From NCBI GenBank assembly GCA_944392805.1, contig CALXXZ010000001.1, positions 253,977 through 285,976 of the forward strand: a stretch of 32,000 nucleotides of DNA. Direction: 5' to 3'. Positions 1 to 8,469 of this stretch are shown one piece after another; position 1 is the stretch's first letter, and every line of letters starts with the position of its first letter. Below the pieces are notes generated by a model. The model was given only the letters and a program-made list of their open reading frames with translations. It was not told the origin of the DNA and made no database searches. The position numbers and the translations under genes were made by a program. The stretch is from an uncultured Clostridia bacterium (GTDB lineage Bacteria > Bacillota > Clostridia > TANB77 > CAG-508).

Positions 1-178
1 CATACACATAATATATTCTTATCGCCGACATATATTGATCTATAAAAATAAACCAATATACATCTTTGCTCGAATATTAATGAACTAAATTTTAATCCAT
101 TAATACTCTTCACTCAACTGATATTAACCTTATACAAATATTATGTACAATTTTTTTTATTTTATTCAAAAAAATTTC

Positions 179-207
179 TTGACAAAAGAAAAAAATGATA
201 GTAGAAT
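179..207 (+). promoter_or_regulatory. Candidate sigma-A-type promoter for the virB4-like operon
   Basis: TTGACA (179-184), 17-nt spacer, TAGAAT (202-207). It lies about 40 nt upstream of the SD GGAGG at 244-248. Confidence 0.45.
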
Positions 208-253
208 ATTTTCAATGTAAGAGTTGTTTTCATAAATTAGAAAGGAGGAAAAA

Positions 254-790
254 ATTAAATCAATACAAAAATGGATACCAATAGAAAAAATTTTTGAAAG
301 AGGAATTATTAAATTAAATAAAAATAAATATGTAAAAATATTAAAAATAATTCCAATAAATTTTAATTTAAAAACACAATTAGAAAAAGAAGCAATTTTA
401 AATGCTTATAAAATTTTTTTAAAATCATGTAATTTTGATATTCAAATATTAATTCAAAGTAAAAAAGAAAATTTAAATCAACACATTAGCAATATTAAAA
501 ATTCCAAAGAAAATTTAGATATTATAAAAAAATATAAAGAAGATTATATTAATTTTATTCAAGAAAAAAATAATAAAAATAAATCTTCATCAAAAAACAT
601 TTATTTAATAATAAATAATAATAAAATAAAATCAGAAGAAGAAAATATATTTCAAGAATTAAATGAAAAATATTTTAAAATAAAAGAAAATTTATCAAGA
701 TGTGGAAATATAGTATTAGAATGTTCAAAAGAAGAAACAAAAGAAATAATATATTCTTTTTTAAATTCAAAAAAATTTTTAAAATATTAA
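254..790 (+). CDS. N-terminal fragment of a Gram-positive-type VirB4 (TrsE/TcpF/Orf16-like) T4SS ATPase; no canonical start, probable ATT start
   Basis: The frame is open 236-787 with stop TAA 788-790. It is absent from the ORF track because it has no in-frame ATG/GTG/TTG near the start. The translation ..IKSIQKWIPIEKIFERGIIKLNKNKYVKILKIIPINFNLKTQLEKEAILNAYKIFLKSCNFDIQILIQ.. fits the N-terminal domain pattern of Firmicutes conjugative VirB4 proteins. GGAGG 244-248 is followed after 5 nt by ATT 254. Confidence 0.6.
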   Translation: MKSIQKWIPIEKIFERGIIKLNKNKYVKILKIIPINFNLKTQLEKEAILNAYKIFLKSCNFDIQILIQSKKENLNQHISNIKNSKENLDIIKKYKEDYINFIQEKNNKNKSSSKNIYLIINNNKIKSEEENIFQELNEKYFKIKENLSRCGNIVLECSKEETKEIIYSFLNSKKFLKY

Positions 791-794
791 AGGA

Positions 795-2555
795 GTGATA
801 TTAATTTTAGAAAAAGGAAAATTCACGGAAAAAGATTATGTAAGTCCATCTTATTTGAATTTAAATAATCCAAAATATTTAGAAATAGATGAGATTTATT
901 ATTCAGGATTAATTATAGTAAATTATTATAGAGAATATGATGAATTAATATTAAAAACATTAATGGAAACAAATGTAAATATTAATATATCAATATTTTA
1001 TGAAAAAATAAATAATTTAAATGCAATAAAAGAATTAACATATAATATTGGTAATGTGGGATTCGAATTAAAAGAAGGAAAAGAAAATAGACAAGATATA
1101 GATATTGCACTTTTTTCATATAATGATGCAAAATATATTAGAAAAGAAATTCAAATAAATGGTGAAGAAATTTATTATTTATATATTTATTTAAATATTT
1201 TTTCAGAAACTAAAGAGGAATTAGAAAAAAATTTAGATAAAATAGAAGCTTTATTACAAAGTAAAGGACTACAAACAAGAAGGGCAAATTTTAGGCAAGA
1301 ACAATTATTTTTATCATGTTTACCATTAGCAGAAAATAATAAAGATTTAAAAAGTGTTGCTAAAAGAAATATTTTAACAAGTGGATTAGTAAGTACATAT
1401 CCATTTATTTCATCATCTATATTTGAAGAAAGCGGAATTTATTTTGGAAATAATATATATAATAATTCATTAGTATTAATTGATAGATATAATACAGATA
1501 AATATAAAAATGCAAATATGTGTATTTTTGGAACAAGTGGTGCAGGAAAATCTTTTTATACTAAATTATTAATATTAAGAAATACTTTATTAGGAATTGA
1601 ACAATATATAATTGACCCAGAAAAAGAGTATAATAAATTAGCAAAAAATTTAAATGGTACAATTATAAAAATAGGACCAACATCTAATAATTATATAAAT
1701 ATTTTTGATATTAGAAAAGAAAGTATAGAAGAAAATGAGCATGGATATTTGGCAACGAAAATAGGAAAATTAATTGGATTTTTTAATTTAGTTTTTGGAG
1801 AAATTAATGAAGAAGAAAAAGGAATATTAGAAGAAAAAATAATTGAAGTTTATAAAAATAAAGGAATTAATTTTAATGATAAATCTTTATATAAAAAAAG
1901 ACAATTTAAAACTAGTAAAGACATGCCAATACTTGAAGATTTTTATAATATATTAAATGATGAAAAAACAAAAAAATTTAAAATAAAATTAATTCCATTT
2001 ATAAAAGGTTCATTAAAATTTTTTAATAATTATACAAATATTAAATTAAATAATAAATTAATTATTGCAGATGTATATGAATTAGGTGAAGATAATTTAA
2101 AATATGGAATGTATTTATTTACAGATTTATTTTGGGATAAAATAAAAATAAATAGAAAAATAAAAAAAGCAATTTATTTAGATGAAATTTGGAGATTAAT
2201 TGGTGTAACATCTTCAAAAGAAGTTGCAAAATTTATTTATAAAATTTTTAAAACAATAAGAAAATATGGAGGAAGTAGTGTAGCAATTACACAAGATATT
2301 AGTGATTTATTCAGCTTAGATAATGGGACATATGGAAAAAGTATTTTAAATAATTCTAGTATAAAAACATTTTTTTCATTAGAAGAAGAAAATATAAATT
2401 TATTATCTCAATTTTCAAATATTTCAGAAAAAGAAAAAATAGAAATAAAATCTTTAAGAAGAGGGGAGTGTTTAATGTTTGTTGGAAATGAACATATTTT
2501 AATTAATATTGAAGCAAGCGATTTAGAAAAAGAATTAATAGAAGGAGAGGTTTAA
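795..2555 (+). CDS. virB4: VirB4-family T4SS ATPase, main (ATPase) part
   Basis: 586-aa ORF with Walker A GTSGAGKSF, Walker-B-like AIYLDEIW and ITQDISD, typical of VirB4/TrsE. The GTG at 795 overlaps the SD AAGGAG (790-795), so in-frame ATT 804 (8-nt spacing) is a more plausible start. Confidence 0.85.
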   Translation: MILILEKGKFTEKDYVSPSYLNLNNPKYLEIDEIYYSGLIIVNYYREYDELILKTLMETNVNINISIFYEKINNLNAIKELTYNIGNVGFELKEGKENRQDIDIALFSYNDAKYIRKEIQINGEEIYYLYIYLNIFSETKEELEKNLDKIEALLQSKGLQTRRANFRQEQLFLSCLPLAENNKDLKSVAKRNILTSGLVSTYPFISSSIFEESGIYFGNNIYNNSLVLIDRYNTDKYKNANMCIFGTSGAGKSFYTKLLILRNTLLGIEQYIIDPEKEYNKLAKNLNGTIIKIGPTSNNYINIFDIRKESIEENEHGYLATKIGKLIGFFNLVFGEINEEEKGILEEKIIEVYKNKGINFNDKSLYKKRQFKTSKDMPILEDFYNILNDEKTKKFKIKLIPFIKGSLKFFNNYTNIKLNNKLIIADVYELGEDNLKYGMYLFTDLFWDKIKINRKIKKAIYLDEIWRLIGVTSSKEVAKFIYKIFKTIRKYGGSSVAITQDISDLFSLDNGTYGKSILNNSSIKTFFSLEEENINLLSQFSNISEKEKIEIKSLRRGECLMFVGNEHILINIEASDLEKELIEGEV

Positions 2556-2557
2556 TT

Positions 2558-3013
2558 ATTGAAAAAAATAAAATAATATTTTTATTTAATATTAAAAAAA
2601 ATAATATAAATAAAATAATTAAAAAATATAAAAATAAAAAAATATTAAAAATAAATAATTTTTTAAATTTAGAAAAAATAAAAAAATTAAATAAAAAATA
2701 TAATTTAATAATAATTAATAATGAAAAAAATAAAATTAATAATATAAAAAAATATTTTTTAATTAGTGATGAAATAATTATTTATATAAAATCACAAATT
2801 TATTATATTAAAAAAATATATTTTTTAATAAATAAAATGGAAAATGAATTAAAAATAAATAAAAATAAAATAATATTAATAATAGAAAAAAATAACAAAA
2901 AAAATGGAATCTATTATTTGGTAATAAAAGAAATTTTTAGAAGATATGAAAAAAGGATAGATAAAAAAGAAAATAGAATTGGGAAAATTTTTAAAAGTAG
3001 AAGGGAAAAATAA
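2558..3013 (+). CDS. Hypothetical K/N/I-rich basic protein (~151 aa) with a non-canonical start
   Basis: The frame is open 2513-3010 with stop TAA 3011-3013, in sequence that is mostly A and T, where TAA should recur every few codons by chance. SD GGAGAGG 2544-2550 is followed by ATT 2555/2558. TTG 2559 is one nt out of frame and is followed by an A7 run. The ORF track missed it because the first ATG is late. Confidence 0.5.
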   Translation: MEKNKIIFLFNIKKNNINKIIKKYKNKKILKINNFLNLEKIKKLNKKYNLIIINNEKNKINNIKKYFLISDEIIIYIKSQIYYIKKIYFLINKMENELKINKNKIILIIEKNNKKNGIYYLVIKEIFRRYEKRIDKKENRIGKIFKSRREK

Positions 3014-3030
3014 CACTATTTTTGTTCTGA

Positions 3031-3420
3031 TGTATATCATTAAAAAAATGAGAAAGATAACGGAAATAAAGAGATTGAGGCTATAAAAGTTGAAGAAAAC
3101 TTTACAAAAACATTTGTTAAAAATTCAATCGAGATGGAAAACTATAGTCATTAAACACATCTATGTTTTAAAAAACTTGATAATTAGGCATTTTATAGAT
3201 AAGAAAGAAATATAAAAATACATAAAACTGGTAATAAATGTAATAAAAATAACAGGAAGTGATTAAAAAAGGCCATGTAGAACTCTAGGGGCAGGCTAAA
3301 AGTGTAAAAAAAGTAACTGAATTGAATTTTTGATTGAGATGATACCAGTTAAGACGTATTCAGCAGAGAAATCAGAGGAGTTATTAAAAGTAGAAAATAT
3401 ATACCAAAAGTAAATATGGA
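3031..3420 (+). repeat. Copy 1 (most diverged) of the conserved mixed-composition segment of the tandem array
   Basis: Shares AACGGAAATAAAG (3059-3071), ..AAAAACTTGA.AA.TAGG.. and AACTCTAGGGGCAGGCTAAAAGTGT (CTAGGG at 3285) with copies at 4681-5165 and 5641-6130. No ORF. Confidence 0.55.
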
Positions 3421-3904
3421 AAAATTAAAAAATAAAAATACCATAAAAATGAAAAAATATTTTTTAAATTGATGGAAAAAAAGATTAATTAAAAAAATAT
3501 ATATAATTAAAAATAAAATATTTAAATATTATTTTAAAAAATAAATTAAAAATATTTGTAAAAAAAATAATTAAATAAAATTATTAAAAAAATTATGAAA
3601 TTAAAAAATATTTTTCAAGAATTAATTAATAAAATTATTATTATAATAAAATAAAAAATTGGTTAAATAAAAAATTTAATTAAATAAAGTTTTATTTAAT
3701 TAAAAATAAAAAAAATAATCTTTATAATAAAAAAATAATTTTAATAAAAAGAATAATTAAATAAATAATAAAATTAAATAATATTAAAATAATATTAAAA
3801 TAATAAAATTATTTATAAAAAATTAGTAAAAAAATAAAGCAAAATAAAAAATAGTAATAAATTAAAAAAATATAAAAGATTTTTTTATAAAGATATAATA
3901 CTGA

Positions 3905-4235
3905 AACAATAAAAAAAGCAGATGGATTTTTTGTATGAGAAACTTAGAAAAAAGAGAGGAGCAAATATAATGAAAAATAAAAGATACAGAAGATATTAAA
4001 AAAAGAAGATAAGACTAAATATGTAAATATATGTAAAAAAATAGTTGAGATTTGGTAAAAAATAGGTCTCAACTTACTAGGGACAAGAGAAAACTTTCAA
4101 AATCTTAGATAATTTCATAATATATTAAAAAAGTAAATAGTATCTCTGGGAAAATTTAGTTTTATGATATTAAAAAACGAACTCCCAAAAAAAGCTTTAA
4201 ACTTTTTTTAGGAAAATTTAAAATAAAAATTTAGA
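3905..4235 (+). repeat. Copy 2 of the conserved segment (carries a ~200-nt internal deletion relative to copies 3 and 4)
   Basis: AAAAAAAGCAGATGGATTTTTTGTATGAGAAA.. and the core ATGTAAATATATGTAAAAAAA..TTACTAGGGACAAGAGAAAACTTTCAAAATCTTAG (4021-4108) align with copies 3 and 4. No ORF. Confidence 0.7.
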
Positions 4236-4680
4236 AAAAAGTTTTTTTAAAAAAATTTAATTAAATGAAAAAACAAAAAAATAAAAAAGAATTTAATAAA
4301 AAAATTTTAAATAATATTAAAAAAATAAATAATTAAAAAAATAAATTTAATTTATTAATAAAAATAAAATATTATAGTTTATAAAAAAATAAAATAATAA
4401 ATAAACAAATAATAAATAAATAAAAATTAATAATAAAAAATAAATTTAATCAAAAAAAAAATAAAATTAAATTAAAATAAAAAAATCAAATAATATTAAA
4501 TTAAATAATATTATTTAATTTTAAAATAAAAAAATGGAAAAAAGATTTTTTTTAATTTTAATTAAATGAAAAAAACAAAAAATTATTAAATAAAATAAAA
4601 AATTATTAAAAATATAATTTTAATTTATTAATAAAAATGAAATATATAAAATAAAAAAATAATTTTAAAAAATTTGAAAT

Positions 4681-5170
4681 AAAAAAAGCTGATAAATTTT
4701 TTATATGAGAAAATTAGAAAAAAGTAAGAGACAGAGATAATGAAAAATGAGTATATTTATATTACTAAAATTAAGAATGTTAAAATATGAAATATAGCGG
4801 AAATAGAGGGTTATAGCTTGAAAATATGGAAGCAAAATCAATAAAAATTTGTGTAAGAATAACGCTAACAAAAAGAAAATTAAAGGGGAAAGAATTGCTT
4901 TTTTATGGAAAACCTTGAAAAATGAGGAAATACAGAGGATCATAGTATAAAAAGCAAAAGAAAGTAGATGTAAATATATGTAAAAAATAGTTGGATTTTT
5001 GCCAAAAAGAGAACGCAATTTACTAGGGACAAGCGAAAACTTTTAAAATCTTAGAAATTTCATATTATATAAAAAATAAAATAGACTTTCAGAAAGAATA
5101 TAATGATATGTTATTCAAAAATAGACTTACAAAAAGTGGTCAAATTTTTATAAAAAAATGCAAAATAAAA
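4681..5170 (+). repeat. Copy 3 of the conserved segment
   Basis: Collinear by eye with 5641-6130 over ~490 nt at roughly three quarters identity. Core at 4968-5054, CTAGGG at 5023. Confidence 0.75.
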
Positions 5171-5640
5171 AATTAAAAGAAAATTTTAATTAAAAATAAT
5201 AAAATAAAAATTTTTCATAAATAAATAATTTAAAAAATATAATTTAATTTTATTAATAAAAATAAATTATTATAGTTAATAAAAAATAAATAATAAATAA
5301 AACATAAAAATAATAAAAAAGAAATTAAAATAATAAATAAAATATAAAAAAATAATGAATAAATAATAAATAAAATTTAATAGTAAAAAAATAAATTTAT
5401 TTTCAAAAGAAAATTAAATAATAATAAAATAAAAAACAAATAAAATTAATTATAAAAATTTAATATAAAAATAAAAATTAAAAATACATCAAAAAATAAA
5501 TAGAAAAATGGTAAAAAAAATTAAAAATAAAATATGGAAAATAAAAAATAATTATTAAATTTTTTTAAATTAAAAAAGGATAAAAAATTTCCAAAATAAA
5601 ATCTAAAGAAAATTTCCAAAAATGGAAAGTTAAGGAGAGA

Positions 5641-6130
5641 GCAAAAAAAGCTAAAGAATTTTTGGTATGAGAAAAATGGAAAAAAGTAAGAGGCATAGAT
5701 GATGAAAAATGAAGGTATTTATATCACTAAAATATAGAATGTTAAAATATAAAATATAGCGGAAATAAAGGCTTATGGTCCAAAATTATAGAAGCAAAAC
5801 TAATAAAAATTTATGTAATACCAGTCCTAACAAAAAGGAAATTTTACAAAAGAAATTAGATGTTTCGTGGAAAAACTTGAAAAATAGGGGTATACAGAAG
5901 ATAGTAAAATAAAAACAGAAGAACATAGATGTAAATATATGTAAAAAAAACTTAGAAATTTACAAAAAAGAGAGCACAACTTACTAGGGGCAAGCGAAAA
6001 CTTTTAAAATCTTATAAATTTAATATTACATTAAAAAAGTAAAGAGTCTTTCAGAGAAAATTTAATGATATGATATTCAAAAACGTACTTACAAAAAATG
6101 GTCAAATTTTTATTGGAAAATGTAAAATAA
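5641..6130 (+). repeat. Copy 4 of the conserved segment
   Basis: Collinear with 4681-5170. Core at 5929-6015, CTAGGG at 5984. Confidence 0.75.
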
Positions 6131-6378
6131 AAAAATTTGGAAAAAAGTTTTAAAAAATTTTTTAATTAAATGGAAAAAAACAAAAAAATAAAAAAAATTA
6201 AATGGAAGAATTTTTTAATAAAACTATTTTTATAAATAATTAAAAAATAATATTTAATATTTTTAATTAAATTAAATATTTATAAATAATTAAAAATATT
6301 TAAAATAAAAAATAAAAATAAAAAACTTTTTAAATTAAAAAATAAATAATAAAAAATAAAATTTTAGGAGGAAAAATA

Positions 6379-7083
6379 ATGGAATTAGAAAATACAATAA
6401 ATAATAATATGGAAATAGAAAAAGAGCAAAATAAATTTTTAAATAGTACAATAGGAAAAGCAATAAATGCAGGAATAGATATTGGGCTAAGAGCAATATT
6501 ACCAGATTTAATTGAAAATCAGATTATAGATATAAAAGATGCTTTAATAGAAAATGGATTAAAAGGAGCAATAGATAGTGCAGTTGAAAATGCAATAAAC
6601 TTTGGAAAAAGTGTAACAGGAATATTTACTGGAGAATTTCAAAATATGTCTCAAGTAGAAACAGCAATAGGAAATGGAGGAATATTAGATACAATATCAA
6701 ATGTAGTAGAAAATGTACTTGATAAAGCATATGAAAATGGAAAAATAAATTATACTGTTAATAATTTAATTAGAAAAGGAAAAGATGTTATTTTAAATAA
6801 TGTATCAAATAATATAAAAAATGAATTAGATTATCAATCAAATTCCATAGAAAAATTAAATAAATATATAGATAATTGGAAAGATTATTATAATCAAAAA
6901 GATTTTTCTGGAATGGAAAAAGAATATAATAAAATGAAAATTCAAATAAAAAATATATTACCTATAGAAAATACAATAAAAGAAGTAAGAAAAGTTGAGA
7001 ATTTACACTTATTAATAAAAAATAACGGAAAAAATTTTGATGTAACTGATTCAGAACTTAAATTAGCAGAAAATTTAAGTTAA
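6379..7083 (+). CDS. Hypothetical protein (234 aa)
   Basis: Clean ORF with a strong SD (TAGGAGG 6365-6371) and ATG 6379. I recognise no motif. A hairpin terminator follows. Confidence 0.7.
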   Translation: MELENTINNNMEIEKEQNKFLNSTIGKAINAGIDIGLRAILPDLIENQIIDIKDALIENGLKGAIDSAVENAINFGKSVTGIFTGEFQNMSQVETAIGNGGILDTISNVVENVLDKAYENGKINYTVNNLIRKGKDVILNNVSNNIKNELDYQSNSIEKLNKYIDNWKDYYNQKDFSGMEKEYNKMKIQIKNILPIENTIKEVRKVENLHLLIKNNGKNFDVTDSELKLAENLS

Positions 7084-7086
7084 AAT

Positions 7087-7111
7087 AAAAGAGAATACTA
7101 GATTCTCTTTT
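7087..7111. terminator. Bidirectional hairpin terminator between convergent genes
   Basis: AAAGAGAAT (7088-7096) pairs with ATTCTCTTT (7102-7110) around loop ACTAG, with A/T runs on both sides. Confidence 0.6.
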
Positions 7112-7463
7112 ATACTATTTCTTCATTATCAAATTTTTTACAAAAATCACTTGAACATAACACTATATGGTAAATAAAATCAGATGTTGTTTGAGAGTTA
7201 AGTGATAAAATATTATTAATTTTCTGTATAGTCTCATTACCAGGTCCTTTTCCGAATAATAAATAATCAGCAGAAGCACCAGTATATCTAACAACTTTTC
7301 TTAATGTTCTAACACTAAGTGCACGTTCTCCTCTTTCTATTTGACCTAAAAAAGAATCAGTAATATCAATTTTTTCTGAAAATTCTTCTCTAGTCATTTT
7401 CATACTTTCACGTATACCGCGTAATCTTTCTCCAATATCAATATCGTCTTGATTATATTGCAT
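7110..7463 (-). CDS. XRE (Cro/C1)-family helix-turn-helix transcriptional regulator
   Basis: IGERLRGIRESMKMTREEFSEKIDITDSFLGQIERGERALSVRTLRKVVRYTGASADYLLFG is a typical HTH_3 domain. Confidence 0.8.
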   Translation of the reverse strand: MQYNQDDIDIGERLRGIRESMKMTREEFSEKIDITDSFLGQIERGERALSVRTLRKVVRYTGASADYLLFGKGPGNETIQKINNILSLNSQTTSDFIYHIVLCSSDFCKKFDNEEIV

Positions 7464-7555
7464 GCTACCACCTCTGAAAAATTTTTTACATTATATATCG
7501 AAATTTGTCAACATATAATGGGCGGAAAGCATATATTTTTTATATGCAACATATT

Positions 7556-8329
7556 TTAGACAGAATATTTGTTTAAAAAATCATTAGAAATTTCTAAAAT
7601 ATATTTAACTTGTTTTTTTACAGTATCATTTGAGAAATATTTATAAATTCTATTTGTAAAATTATCCAGATATTTTTTCTCTTTTAAAAATTTTAATGAA
7701 AAACCAAAATTCAAGTCAAAAATATATGCATAAAATATAGGAATTTGGTCAGAATTTGTTTTTATATTACTATAATTTATAAAATGATTAATTATAAAAT
7801 CATTCATTATAGAATCACTTATTGGTTCACAATTAAAATCAGAATACCAAAATATACTTGGAAAATCATATTCACATATTGTATAAAATATATCTAATTT
7901 ATCAGCATCTCTTATTATTTCTGAAAATAGCAGTTCATCATCATTTAAATTTTTATCAATTTTTCCTTTATTATGATTAAGAATTGCTAATTTAATAATT
8001 TTTTTATATTTTTCTTCTACATTAAAATTATCAATTAAATTTTCGTCAAATAATATTTTTACACTTAATTCAGCATGATTAATAGAAATTTTATCATTAA
8101 ATGTATTATACATTTCTGCTTGTTTAAATCTTCCTATATCATGAAATAATCCTATTAATTCAGCTAATTTTACTTGTTCTTCATTAAGATGTAAATTTTT
8201 AGCGATTTTTTTGCTCATTTCTGCAACTCTTTTTATATGATCTATTTTTAATTTTATTCTGCCTTCATTTGGATTAAATTGTGAAACATATTTATCAAAT
8301 TCAATATAAGCATTTTCAATATTTATCAT
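7556..8329 (-). CDS. HD-domain metal-dependent phosphohydrolase
   Basis: H..RV (DHIKRVAEM), LIGLFHDIGRF, INHAELS, ILNHN and IRDADKLD give the His/Asp pattern of the HD superfamily. Confidence 0.75.
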   Translation of the reverse strand: MINIENAYIEFDKYVSQFNPNEGRIKLKIDHIKRVAEMSKKIAKNLHLNEEQVKLAELIGLFHDIGRFKQAEMYNTFNDKISINHAELSVKILFDENLIDNFNVEEKYKKIIKLAILNHNKGKIDKNLNDDELLFSEIIRDADKLDIFYTICEYDFPSIFWYSDFNCEPISDSIMNDFIINHFINYSNIKTNSDQIPIFYAYIFDLNFGFSLKFLKEKKYLDNFTNRIYKYFSNDTVKKQVKYILEISNDFLNKYSV

Positions 8330-8469
8330 TTTTACCTCCGAATAATATTATAGGAGATAGTTAGAAAAATGTCAAAAAAATATAGTTAAAAACTTTTTTA
8401 AAATATTAATTTATTATTGCCATTTTTTTTCTTTTAGAGTACAATGAAATGGAAAGAGAGGTAATGAAA

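Noticed and set aside
4701-5018. 105-aa minus-strand ORF inside copy 3 of the tandem array
   Set aside because: It is not conserved as an open frame in the homologous copies (5641-6130 and 3905-4235). Its hydrophobic low-complexity product is typical of the pyrimidine-rich complement.
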